A DNA stretch of 64,000 nucleotides from Bdellovibrio sp. GTDB taxonomy: Bacteria; Bdellovibrionota; Bdellovibrionia; Bdellovibrionales; Bdellovibrionaceae. Shown in pieces: positions 27,071 to 38,254 of the stretch. The stretch spans positions 1,312,001 through 1,376,000 of the forward strand of contig JAKFCY010000002.1 of the NCBI GenBank assembly GCA_036676395.1, read 5' to 3'. The translations under genes and the position numbers were made by a program. The notes beneath the pieces were generated by a model. It saw only the letters and a list, made by a program, of their open reading frames with translations, had not been told where the DNA came from and ran no database searches. How positions within the stretch are numbered: position 1 is the stretch's first letter; every line of letters starts with the position of its first letter.

Positions 27071-29608
27071 CTATCGGTAGTTCATAGACACGTTGTGAAT
27101 CGCATCGAATAACAGTTTTTTCTTAATGGGCTTCGATAACAAGGTTACATCATCAAATGTTTTTGCGGTTTTTGCGGTGTAATCTAATAAATCGGCCGTG
27201 ACTAGAATAACCGGAATCGGCTTAATGTTACGATGTCTTTCATAGGTGCGAATTTTTTCTAGCAGTTCAAAGCCATCCATGTTTGGCATGCGCACATCTA
27301 AGATTAATAAATCCGGAAGTTTTTTTTCAAAACTTTGCCAAGCGGTCTCACCGTCGTAATTGTAATTCACTTGCCAGGTGGATTTAGCAAAATAAGCCTT
27401 ATACAGCTCGATATTGCCATGATCATCATCGGCTACGATAATTGATAGATCTTCTTTAGGTACAACGACTGGCATGTTAGCTAGCGCTGAAGGATCGGTA
27501 CTTTTTCGCAATTGGTCTGAAGATAAATGTTTGCGATGACGACTGCGACTGGTGAAGCCATTAGCGGTTAACAATTCATACGGCAAAAAAGGTGCATTAC
27601 TTAAATGATTAATATTTAAGTGCCCCCACGTTTGCTGGATCTTGCCTTGGCCTAAAACGAACACATGGCGGCCAAATGTTTTAGACAAAATATCAAGATC
27701 CATTTGAGCCGTTTCAGGATCATGCACAAACCAATAGTTACGATTCGTGTCAGTCAGTAATAATACTTTGGCAAAGTCTTCAGTGATAAAAATAACTTCT
27801 TCAATATTCGGATGCGAAGCTAAAGCCGAGAATGATTTTTGTAATTGTGGATCAGTCGACAATAGCACGGCTGTGTACTTGGTGGTGTCATGAGTTTTGT
27901 AAATTTCGTACCAGTTCACACGGTCTGGGCGGTTAAGCTCTAACTCTACCGAGAACACGGATCCTTTTTTAAGCGTCGATTGCACTGAAATTTTTCCGTG
28001 CATTTTTTTAATAATATCTTTAACGATAGATAAGCCAAGACCTACGCCACCTTCGGCATAGGTTTTTGAATTTTCTACCTGAAAGAACGCATCAAAAACT
28101 TTGCTGACCTTATCAGAAGGAATACCAATACCTGTATCTTTGATTTCAAATTTTAATTGGACACGGTTTGAAATTAAACTTTCAGTGGCCTGCACTGCTA
28201 AAATCACATGACCTGCTAAGGTGTATTTGCTGGCGTTGCGTAATAAGTTAATTAAAACCTGGCGTAAGCGGTTTGGATCAGCGATCACGCAAGCGGGCAT
28301 CGACTTATCTAAGTGCAGATAAATTTTAAGACCTTTTGATTTACAATCCTGACCGGCTAGTTTTACGACATCTCCTAAGAATTGCGCCATATAGATAGTG
28401 CGCTCCTGAAAGGTCATTTCATTTTTTTCAGCTTGGGCTAATTCGATCAAATCATCCATCATTGAAAGCAGATGTTCGCCCGAGGTGTGCATAGTTTTAA
28501 GATAGTTTTGCACGACATTGTCGACATTCACTTCGCTACAAAGATCGATCATGCCTAATATTAGATTTAGCGGCGTCCTGATCTCGTGACTGATCTTACC
28601 GAAAAAATGCGCTTTACTGTTCAGGGCTTGTTGCAGATCATGCGCTGTTTTTTCTAAAGCTAAGGTTTTTGCGACAATCAATTTATTTGCCAAGCGATTT
28701 TGATTAATTAAAGTGTAAAATAAATATGAGATCACCAGAGTTAACAAAAAGCCAAGTGCCGCCGCTGATTTTTCAGGTGACAAAAAGTTTGTTCGCATTG
28801 GTGCATAACGAAAATCAATAGATAAATCGATATTTGATTGCGGCAATGAATTTGTAAAGCGCACACTAGTTATATTTAAATTGGGCTTGTCGGTGTATTT
28901 AGAAAGAATTTTTTTACCGTTGATATTTTGAATTAACCACGACGTTTCGCTGTTTTCAGCTTTGACGATGATACTATTTAAGTCAGCTAAAATAGTATGA
29001 TTAAATAAACTAGATAACGGAGTCGTAAAAAGAAAATAAATCTTACGATGAACACGCGACCGTAAGACAACTGATAAATAAGGTCGATCATTGGATTCAA
29101 AAACTAATGTTGTCAAAAGACCTGAGGTTTTTTTCAAATCTTTGATAATATTTTTGATGTCATTTGATTGTAAGTAACTTGAAGGTACATTGGGTATAGT
29201 CGAATCGGGGGTATTTACACGAAGCAGGGCCTTATACTTATTGCCTTGCTCCTGAATAATTGTCATGCGCTGAAATAATGTATGCCTCAGTACTAAATCT
29301 AAGTACGGTTCATCTTTAGTGTAATTGATTGGGCGGTCTTCAAGGTTTGCTTCATAACTTTGAATTTTTAAAATACTATTTGTTAATAACAAATCTATTT
29401 TGGTTAACTCTTCGCGTGCGGTTTGGCTAAATACTGATTTTTGAATGAAGTCATCACGCTGTTTTAAATGAGCGTAAATATAGTAGGTTAAGCCGAAGCC
29501 GAAAATAAGAGTCAATACCGGAGCCCACAAAACAATTTTTTGCAGTTGGGTAATTCTGTGACTTATTGACATGATGACACGGTTGGAAAATCGATTTGAA
29601 GCTTTCAT
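27071..29608 (-). CDS. Membrane hybrid histidine kinase (HisKA/HATPase + receiver)
   Basis: Two TM segments; SHEIRTPL; N, G1 and G2 boxes; C-terminal receiver (ADDD, LDVRMP, SKP); start uncertain (29572-29671). Confidence 0.9.
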   Translation of the reverse strand: MKASNRFSNRVIMSISHRITQLQKIVLWAPVLTLIFGFGLTYYIYAHLKQRDDFIQKSVFSQTAREELTKIDLLLTNSILKIQSYEANLEDRPINYTKDEPYLDLVLRHTLFQRMTIIQEQGNKYKALLRVNTPDSTIPNVPSSYLQSNDIKNIIKDLKKTSGLLTTLVFESNDRPYLSVVLRSRVHRKIYFLFTTPLSSLFNHTILADLNSIIVKAENSETSWLIQNINGKKILSKYTDKPNLNITSVRFTNSLPQSNIDLSIDFRYAPMRTNFLSPEKSAAALGFLLTLVISYLFYTLINQNRLANKLIVAKTLALEKTAHDLQQALNSKAHFFGKISHEIRTPLNLILGMIDLCSEVNVDNVVQNYLKTMHTSGEHLLSMMDDLIELAQAEKNEMTFQERTIYMAQFLGDVVKLAGQDCKSKGLKIYLHLDKSMPACVIADPNRLRQVLINLLRNASKYTLAGHVILAVQATESLISNRVQLKFEIKDTGIGIPSDKVSKVFDAFFQVENSKTYAEGGVGLGLSIVKDIIKKMHGKISVQSTLKKGSVFSVELELNRPDRVNWYEIYKTHDTTKYTAVLLSTDPQLQKSFSALASHPNIEEVIFITEDFAKVLLLTDTNRNYWFVHDPETAQMDLDILSKTFGRHVFVLGQGKIQQTWGHLNINHLSNAPFLPYELLTANGFTSRSRHRKHLSSDQLRKSTDPSALANMPVVVPKEDLSIIVADDDHGNIELYKAYFAKSTWQVNYNYDGETAWQSFEKKLPDLLILDVRMPNMDGFELLEKIRTYERHRNIKPIPVILVTADLLDYTAKTAKTFDDVTLLSKPIKKKLLFDAIHNVSMNYR

Positions 29609-29757
29609 CTGTATTAATCTTAGATGAAGATATGTGATATTAATAATAATTTCATTTGAAGAAATCTTCAAATGACCTTCAAACGTCCTTTATTTGGACA
29701 TGATTAACTATTTGACGGGGAATAAACGCGTCATGATGGCGCTAATTGAGGGGTATA

Positions 29758-30159
29758 ATGCAATTTCAAGATGTATTGGTAAAATTTAAAAAAGTTAAGG
29801 ATTTTGACCCAAGTGGCCTGTTGCAGCTTAAGGAAGACACCGATGAATCCGTGGCCATTAAGATCTTAGCCCGCTTTTTTATCACTCTTGAAGAATCGCT
29901 GAATCATGTCGCCGCAAGCCTAAACAGTGGCGAATTAGCTGAAGTCTCGAAAGGTTCGCATAAAATTGCAGGTAGTGCTGACTTGGTTGGATTTGCGGTT
30001 TTCGCGCAAAAATCGCGAAAAATTTCTCGCGATGTAAAAACATTGCCTGAAATGTCTTCTGCAGATTTGCATCACGAAGTTGTCGATTATCTGAGTGATG
30101 GCAAATTAATGTTAGGTCAGATGAAAGAAGCTTTTCCTGACTACAAAAAATGTATCTAA
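29758..30159 (+). CDS. Hpt (histidine phosphotransfer) domain protein
   Basis: SHKIAGSADLVG in a helical bundle; sits between the hybrid kinase and the response regulator. Confidence 0.75.
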   Translation: MQFQDVLVKFKKVKDFDPSGLLQLKEDTDESVAIKILARFFITLEESLNHVAASLNSGELAEVSKGSHKIAGSADLVGFAVFAQKSRKISRDVKTLPEMSSADLHHEVVDYLSDGKLMLGQMKEAFPDYKKCI

Positions 30160-30167
30160 AATAAAAC

Positions 30168-30866
30168 TTAAGATTCTTTAACTTCGATTTTATATCCGGC
30201 ACCTAAAACAGTTTCAACTTTTGCGGTGCTTGAAGATATTTTTTTACGAAGATGAGAAATATGGGCATCGACAGTACGCTCGGTAATATGTTTAGCAATA
30301 CCCCAGACATGATCGATCAAATAATCACGCGAATAAACCTGGCCTGGACGAGTCGAGAGAATTTTTAAAAGTTTAAATTCAGACGGCGTTAAATCCACAT
30401 TTTCAACCTTGTCAGCAACTTGAATTTGCACGCTCATTTTATCAGAATCGATAATCAGGTTTCCGATTTTAATATGTTGGCTGTCTTTTGCCTGTGCCTG
30501 CGCTGTGCGAAGTCTGGCTTCAATGCGAGCTTTTAATTCTGCAGAATGAGGTGGTTTAACGATATAATCATCGGCACCAACGCCGAAGGCGGCGACTTTG
30601 CTTAAAATATCATTGTCGGCGCTTAAGATAATAATCGGGATGTTTTTAGCGCTAAAGGCATCTTTAAACTGGCTGAGGGCTTTGATCCCGTTACCATCTG
30701 GCAGCGATACATCCAAAAGGATCAAATCAAAACTTTCGCGGCCATTTTGCACGTATTTAAAGGCATCGTTTAATGTAGGTGCGAAAGACAACGTATGGTC
30801 TTTTAAAACCGATGTGAGGTAAACCACAAAGTCCTGACTGTCTTCGATACAGAGTATTTTTGCCAT
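30168..30866 (-). CDS. OmpR/PhoB-family response regulator
   Basis: Receiver (IED, LLDVSLP, KP) plus winged helix (LTPSEF, RTVDAHISHLRKK). Confidence 0.93.
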   Translation of the reverse strand: MAKILCIEDSQDFVVYLTSVLKDHTLSFAPTLNDAFKYVQNGRESFDLILLDVSLPDGNGIKALSQFKDAFSAKNIPIIILSADNDILSKVAAFGVGADDYIVKPPHSAELKARIEARLRTAQAQAKDSQHIKIGNLIIDSDKMSVQIQVADKVENVDLTPSEFKLLKILSTRPGQVYSRDYLIDHVWGIAKHITERTVDAHISHLRKKISSSTAKVETVLGAGYKIEVKES

Positions 30867-31002
30867 AAAATTAACCAACCTCAATAGGAACGTATTTAGA
30901 GGAAAAAATACCGTGGTTTTGCGTATTCATCAAACGTTTTTAATTCTAATCCCAAATTTACCCCACACACTTAATAGTAAGGCATACATCAAGGAGGAAT
31001 AT

Positions 31003-31380
31003 ATGACTATTAACTTACATTTTTCTCACGTCGAGGTCCCAGATTATCTACGTTACAACATTGAAGGTTACGTGACCGAAATGATCGGAGAACTGGCCCA
31101 GAAACCAAATTTATTCGTAGATTTGTTCTGTAAAAAAGAAGTTGTATCTAAAAACCACGGAGAAAAATTTAAATGTCACATAGAGGCGCACGCCCCTTGG
31201 TTGAACAAAAAAATATACGTGCAAACCACGGGCGATGAGTGCTGGGAGACCATCACCAAAGCGTCCGGAATCATGAAACGTAAATTATTTAGTCAGAAAA
31301 AATCTGATCATAGAAGAAGAGCGAGAGCGGATTGGAGTCTTGAACAGACAGACAGTAACGAACAAGAATTAGCAATTTAA
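31003..31380 (+). CDS. Divergent HPF/RaiA (S30AE)-like protein
   Basis: SD AAGGAGG; N-terminal pattern resembles the HPF fold; weak similarity. Confidence 0.45.
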   Translation: MTINLHFSHVEVPDYLRYNIEGYVTEMIGELAQKPNLFVDLFCKKEVVSKNHGEKFKCHIEAHAPWLNKKIYVQTTGDECWETITKASGIMKRKLFSQKKSDHRRRARADWSLEQTDSNEQELAI

Positions 31381-31424
31381 GATGAGCAAACCTTAAAGCA
31401 ACTCTTGTTGAAAGAGAGTGTGTT

Positions 31425-31835
31425 ATGATTTACAGAATCTTAATTATCGAAGATGATTTGGCCTATAAGCCACTCTGGGCAGATATTCTGCGCAGACACT
31501 TGGGTGATCATATTGCTGATATTTGTTGGGCTGTTAGTGCTGAAGAAGCGCGTATTCAATACGAAAAATCTATCGCCACGAAACAGTATTTCGATTTCAT
31601 TATCACAGATGTATTCTTAGCGGGCTCAGACACAGGTCTGGATTTCGTCGAAAACATTTTCGCTGATGATCAAGAAGCCCCTCCCATTATCTTGATTTCA
31701 TCGGTCGATAAAGAAGAAGTCGAAGACATCGTGAATACAGATTCACGTCGTGTTGAAGTTTTAACAAAACCAATTAATGCAAGTCAGTTTAAAGAAGTTA
31801 TGAACCGAATTACCGAAAACCGAAGGGCGATTTAA
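31425..31835 (+). CDS. Single-domain response regulator
   Basis: ILIIEDD, ITDVFL, ISS and TKP motifs. Confidence 0.85.
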   Translation: MIYRILIIEDDLAYKPLWADILRRHLGDHIADICWAVSAEEARIQYEKSIATKQYFDFIITDVFLAGSDTGLDFVENIFADDQEAPPIILISSVDKEEVEDIVNTDSRRVEVLTKPINASQFKEVMNRITENRRAI

Positions 31836-31837
31836 GT

Positions 31838-32770
31838 ATGTCAGTTGATACTTCACAAAAAATTGTACTGATCACCGGATGTGCCACGGGGCTTGGAAAA
31901 GCCCTTGTGGAGACCTTAGGCCGAAACCCGCAATATAAAATTATTGCAACGGCACGGGCGCATCGTCTGGATGACATGCGAGCAATGTTTGTTGAGTCAG
32001 AAAATCTGATTGTGCGTGAACTAGATGTCACCAATGAATCCAATATTTTTTCACTTGTGAATGAAATCGCTAACATGTGGGGCCGCATTGACGTGCTGGT
32101 GAATAACGCCGGTATTTGTTATCGTTCAGTCGTTGAACATATGGACCGTGAATCAGAAATGATTCAGCTTGAAACTAATTACCTGGGCCCTATGTCGCTG
32201 ATCCGGTCGGTGCTGCCGATTATGCGCGAACAAATGTACGGGCAAATTATTAATATTTCATCAGTCAGCGGCATGGTTTCAATGCCAACCATGGGGTCGT
32301 ATTCGGCATCAAAGCATGCGCTCGAAGGTGCTACAGAATCTTTGTGGTATGAAGCGCGCCCTTACGGCATCAAAGTCAGTCTTGTTGAACCAGGGTTTAT
32401 TAATTCAGATTCTTTTAAAAATATTCTGCTCCCAAAAAAAGCAAAACTTTCTGCAAAATTAAAGGGCCCACATTCGGAGTATTATAAATCGATGTCTCCG
32501 TTTATTGAAAGTCTGATGAAATGGGCCTTTGCCACTCCTGAATCCATTGCTCATAAAGTTGAAAGACTGATTGAACAGAAGAATCCACCCTTACGTTTGC
32601 GCGTAACGATGGATGCCGTGGTGTTTTCTTTTTTACGAAAGCTTTTGCCGGAATTCATGTTTCATAAAGTGATGTTCTTGCTGCTTCCGGGATCTAGGCT
32701 TTGGGGGCACAGAAGTTATTTCGGTAACCGGGTCAGATCTAAAAAACTAAACGGTTCCGCTCCTATATAA
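31838..32770 (+). CDS. SDR family oxidoreductase
   Basis: TGCATGLG, NNAG and YSASK motifs. Confidence 0.93.
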   Translation: MSVDTSQKIVLITGCATGLGKALVETLGRNPQYKIIATARAHRLDDMRAMFVESENLIVRELDVTNESNIFSLVNEIANMWGRIDVLVNNAGICYRSVVEHMDRESEMIQLETNYLGPMSLIRSVLPIMREQMYGQIINISSVSGMVSMPTMGSYSASKHALEGATESLWYEARPYGIKVSLVEPGFINSDSFKNILLPKKAKLSAKLKGPHSEYYKSMSPFIESLMKWAFATPESIAHKVERLIEQKNPPLRLRVTMDAVVFSFLRKLLPEFMFHKVMFLLLPGSRLWGHRSYFGNRVRSKKLNGSAPI

Positions 32771-33083
32771 AATTCGGTGAGTTTGATGGCAAAACTTCGC
32801 CGCAAAGTTTTTTTCGCCATTGCGGCTAAACATTGCGTTAGAATTATATTTTTTTAAAAAAACTCTTGCCAGCATTTTTGTGAGGTAAATTTTCTTATTG
32901 TTAGGGCGTAAAAAAATATTTACGCAGGGGCTTGTGATTCAAAAACAAACTTAACCATGAGGCGCTAGGAAGGCATGGCCGTATTAAAAACTAAATTCAA
33001 AATCCAAATTACATACAGAAAAAGCGTGAAAAATCTGCATTTAAAACCCGTGATATGTTGCTGTTGAAATCGAAAGGATTAAC

Positions 33084-33878
33084 ATGAACTTATCTGAAAT
33101 TGGAAATCACGAATTACTTAATCGGTTGGAAAAACTTTCGCGCACTGAGCGTAAGATCACGCATCTTATTCTTTGCCATATTTTAGAAGTTGAGAGCCGT
33201 AAGCTGTTTGCTGATCGCGGTTTTTCGAGTTGTTTTGAATATCTAACACAAGGGTTAGGCTACTCGGAAGGTAGCGCTAACCGAAGATTGCAATCAGCTC
33301 GATTATTAAGACAGCTTCCCGAGATCGGCGAAAAAATTGAGGCCGGTAGTTTAAATTTAACCCAATTATCCCAGTTGCAAAGATGTATTCGCCTGCAAAA
33401 GAAAAGCGGAGAAGCTATAACCCCAGAAAAAGCTCAAGAATTTAATATAGACTTGCGATCCATCGAAAGACTTATACCGCAAAAGAATAATTCAATAAAA
33501 CTTGAAATTTTATTTACAGAAGAACAAATGAAAGAACTTGAATTAGCGAAAAGTATGCTAAGTCATGTATACCCGCAAGGAACCTGGGCTGAAGTGATTT
33601 CTTACTTAGCCAAAAGCCATAATAAAAAGCCTAAAAGCACTGCTAGAAATTATATGCCGCTCAAAATTCGTCGTGAGTTGTTTGATAAGGCCAATCACGT
33701 TTGTGAATATTCAGATCCCGTAACGCATAGAAAGTGTTCGTCAAAGCATCAACTGCAAGTCGATCATCTTATTCCTTTAAGTAAAGGTGGTAGTAATCAA
33801 AGAGCAAATCTTCGGATATTATGTCGTACCCATAATGTTCATATGGCTAAGGTTTGGGGTGTTGTAAAAGCAAAATGA
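33084..33878 (+). CDS. HNH endonuclease with DUF222-like N-terminus
   Basis: C..C...VDHLIP.SKGGSN...NL..LC..HN; N-terminal GFSSCFEYL..GLGYSEGSA. Confidence 0.85.
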   Translation: MNLSEIGNHELLNRLEKLSRTERKITHLILCHILEVESRKLFADRGFSSCFEYLTQGLGYSEGSANRRLQSARLLRQLPEIGEKIEAGSLNLTQLSQLQRCIRLQKKSGEAITPEKAQEFNIDLRSIERLIPQKNNSIKLEILFTEEQMKELELAKSMLSHVYPQGTWAEVISYLAKSHNKKPKSTARNYMPLKIRRELFDKANHVCEYSDPVTHRKCSSKHQLQVDHLIPLSKGGSNQRANLRILCRTHNVHMAKVWGVVKAK

Positions 33879-33949
33879 ATATTAAAAGACTTGTCGATGT
33901 GATGGTAGTTCTGGCAGAGGTCGTAATATAGATGACAGTCGGGCGGTAA

Positions 33950-35110
<1,161 letters not shown>

Positions 35111-35195
35111 CCATCCTTGATCGTAACAGCGTTTAAGTGTTCAATTTACTTTGAGTTTTTTCGAAAAACTAAATTAAATAAAGGGACTTAAAAAT

Positions 35196-35564
35196 ATGTT
35201 ACTGAAAATGTTATCGATGAATTTCGCCGCTTTCGCACAAGACGCAACTACAGCAGCTACAGCTGCGACTGCAGAACAACCTCCAGCATGGATGCAATTT
35301 GTTCCAATGCTTGCCATCGTAGTAGTGTTTTATTTTTTCTTAATTCGCCCACAAGCTAAACGCGCTAAAGAACAACAAGGATTTTTATCAGCATTAAAAG
35401 TTGGAGATCAAGTTGTGACTCAGTCGGGTTTATTCGGAAAAATCACTGGGCTAAATGAACAAATCGCAAATCTTGAGATTTCAAACGGAGTGACGATTAA
35501 ACTTCTTCGTTCGCAAATCACAATGCTTCAATCAGCTTTACAAAAAGCTGAGCCCGCTAAATAA
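35196..35564 (+). CDS. yajC: Preprotein translocase subunit YajC
   Basis: FYFFLIRPQ.KR and LKVGDQVVT.SG motifs; position between tgt and secD. Confidence 0.95.
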   Translation: MLLKMLSMNFAAFAQDATTAATAATAEQPPAWMQFVPMLAIVVVFYFFLIRPQAKRAKEQQGFLSALKVGDQVVTQSGLFGKITGLNEQIANLEISNGVTIKLLRSQITMLQSALQKAEPAK

Positions 35565-35597
35565 TTTTTTAGAAAATAAAAGACAAGGAAAAACAAC

Positions 35598-37289
35598 ATG
35601 GAAAATCTACGACTGAGAACATGGACAGCTGGCATTGCATTAGTATTAGCTGCGCTATTCATTGCTCCTAACTTTATCGACACCTCGAAATTTGCTTGGT
35701 GGCCGGCACGTAAATTAAATTACGGCTTAGACATTCAAGGTGGTATTCACTTAGTTATGGGTGTTGATGTTGAAAGTGTTTTAGTGACTACAGTTAACCG
35801 TCAAACGGTTGTACTAGCTGATGATTTCAAAAAAGAAAACATCAAGTTCAAAGGCTTTAACACTGATAACGCTAAAAATGGCGGCTTAGATGTTTTAGTT
35901 GAATCTGCAGAAGCTGCAAAACAAATTGAAGCGATCATTTTAAAAAACTACGTTGGCGCATTGCAAGTGATATCGGCTACAGCTGAAAAAGTTGAAATTC
36001 GTTATTACGACGCTTATTTGTTAGATCAAAAACAAAACACAATTCGTCAGGCGATCGAAACTATTCGTAATCGTATCGATGAATTCGGTGTAGCAGAGCC
36101 TTCAATCACCCAACAAGGTGCTGACCGTATTTTAATTCAGTTACCGGGTTTAGCTGATGCTGAAAAAGCAAAACAGTTAATCAATACAACGGCTAAACTT
36201 GATTTCATGTTAGTGTCTTATGATAAGTCTCCGGATGAAGTTCGTAAGATGATTGATGACGCTGAAAAAGCGGGTGGCTATTCAATGGCGACATTGAAAT
36301 ACACTGAATACATCAAACGTATTAACGATGATTTAAAAGCACAGCTTCCAGCAAACACAGCGATTTACTTCGAAAAAGGTTCAAACGCTAAAACAATGGA
36401 AGCCGGAAGCACGCCTTATTTATTAACTACAAACACTGATCTTGGTGGTGATTCATTAGATAGCGCCGGGGTTTCGTTTGACCAGTATGGTTCACCTGAA
36501 GTGACTTTACGTTTTAACCCATCAGGGGCTAATAAATTTGCTGATTTAACAGAAAAAAACATCAACCGCCAAATGGCAGTGGTGTTAGATAAAGTTGTTA
36601 AAACAGCGCCAAACATCAATTCAAAAATTCCGAATGGCCAAGCCGTTATTACTTTAGGCCGTTCTGGTGATCAGCAACAAATGATGGATGAAGCCAAACT
36701 TATTTCTACGGCTTTGCGCGCGGGTGCTTTACCTGCAACGCTTGAGCAATTAGAAGAACGTCGCGTTGGTCCGTCACTGGGTAAAGATGCTTTAGAGAAA
36801 GCTCGTTTAGGAGCTATCGTCGGTTCGATCTTAATCATGATCTTTATGATTGTTTATTATAAAGGTATGGGCGTTATCACAGCGTTCACATTAATCTTAA
36901 ATATCGTAGCAGTATTTGCGATTCTTGGTTCATTAGGTGCAACTTTAACATTACCAGGTATTGCCGGTATGGCTTTAACTGTGGGTTTTGCGGTTGATGC
37001 GAACGTTTTAATTAACGAACGTATTCGCGAAGAATTAGCCAAAGGTGCCGGCATTAAAGCGGCGATTCAAGATGGGTATTCACAGGCTATGTCTGCGATT
37101 ATCGATTCGAATGTAACAACATCGGCAACAGCATTAATTTTATTGTACTTTGGAACAGGCCCGGTACGTGGATTCGCTGTTACATTACTTGCGGGTATCG
37201 CAACGACGATTTTTGCAAACGTTTTCGTTTCAAAAGTTATCTCTGACAACTTAGTTTACCGCTTTGGTCTTAAAAAGATTTCTATATAA
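35598..37289 (+). CDS. secD: Protein translocase subunit SecD
   Basis: GLDIQGG, RIDEFGVAEP, LRAGALPA and VDANVLINERIREE motifs. Confidence 0.97.
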   Translation: MENLRLRTWTAGIALVLAALFIAPNFIDTSKFAWWPARKLNYGLDIQGGIHLVMGVDVESVLVTTVNRQTVVLADDFKKENIKFKGFNTDNAKNGGLDVLVESAEAAKQIEAIILKNYVGALQVISATAEKVEIRYYDAYLLDQKQNTIRQAIETIRNRIDEFGVAEPSITQQGADRILIQLPGLADAEKAKQLINTTAKLDFMLVSYDKSPDEVRKMIDDAEKAGGYSMATLKYTEYIKRINDDLKAQLPANTAIYFEKGSNAKTMEAGSTPYLLTTNTDLGGDSLDSAGVSFDQYGSPEVTLRFNPSGANKFADLTEKNINRQMAVVLDKVVKTAPNINSKIPNGQAVITLGRSGDQQQMMDEAKLISTALRAGALPATLEQLEERRVGPSLGKDALEKARLGAIVGSILIMIFMIVYYKGMGVITAFTLILNIVAVFAILGSLGATLTLPGIAGMALTVGFAVDANVLINERIREELAKGAGIKAAIQDGYSQAMSAIIDSNVTTSATALILLYFGTGPVRGFAVTLLAGIATTIFANVFVSKVISDNLVYRFGLKKISI

Positions 37290-37306
37290 TTAGGGGAATG
37301 AATAAA

Positions 37307-38248
37307 ATGGCAAAAAATAATACTACACAAGAATCCTCTGGAAGATTTGATTTCGTCGGTAAAGTTGGAATTTTCGGCGGGATCTCATTAATTTTAACTG
37401 TGCTTTCTTTAGGTTACATCGCAGTTAAAGGCATTAACTACGGTATCGATTTTAAAGGTGGAACAGAAATTCAGGTCAAATTTGAACAGCCTGTAAATAT
37501 AGATCAAGTGCGTACTTCATTAGAAGGACAAGCTTTAGGTGAAGTTGGCGTTCAGGCTTTCGGTGAAGGCAATGAATTTATCATCCGCTTTCAAGGCGTA
37601 AAAGGCGCAACTGATAAAGAAACAAATGAAAATTTAAATACTTCAATCACAGGTTTAAAAGATAAAATCATGACAACGTTTGCGGCTCAAGGCCCAGATA
37701 TTCGTCGTGTGGATACGGTCGGGCCTCAAGTTGGAGCAGAACTTAAACGTAATGGCTTTTTAGCAGTATTTTACTGTCTATTAGTTATCTTTATTTACGT
37801 AGCCTTACGCTTTGATTATAAATTCTCGCCGGGTGCGGTGGTGTGTTTATTTCATGATGCGGTAATCACATTAGCTATATTCTTGTTATTCGGAAAAGAA
37901 GTTAACATTCCGATTTTAGCAGCGATTCTAACTTTAATTGGTTTTTCGTTAAATGATACGATCGTGGTATTTGATCGTATTCGTGAAACTGAACACCGTT
38001 ACAGAGACCGTGGGTTCAGATTCATTATTAACAAATCAATCAATGATATGTTAGGCAGAACAATTATTACTTCGGGCACAGTTTTTCTATCGGCATTATG
38101 TTTATTGATTTTTGCTGATGGCGTTGTGCAAGATATCGCGTTTGCACTTTCTGTAGGTATCGTATTCGGAGCATATTCAAGTATTTATGTTGCGGCTCCG
38201 TTTATCTTAATTATGGAGAACATTTTCAAACCGACTGCAAAGGCGTAA
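37307..38248 (+). CDS. secF: Protein translocase subunit SecF
   Basis: GIDFKGG, VGPQVG and GFSLNDTIVVFDRIRE motifs; alternative start at 37298. Confidence 0.96.
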   Translation: MAKNNTTQESSGRFDFVGKVGIFGGISLILTVLSLGYIAVKGINYGIDFKGGTEIQVKFEQPVNIDQVRTSLEGQALGEVGVQAFGEGNEFIIRFQGVKGATDKETNENLNTSITGLKDKIMTTFAAQGPDIRRVDTVGPQVGAELKRNGFLAVFYCLLVIFIYVALRFDYKFSPGAVVCLFHDAVITLAIFLLFGKEVNIPILAAILTLIGFSLNDTIVVFDRIRETEHRYRDRGFRFIINKSINDMLGRTIITSGTVFLSALCLLIFADGVVQDIAFALSVGIVFGAYSSIYVAAPFILIMENIFKPTAKA

Positions 38249-38254
38249 TCGCCC

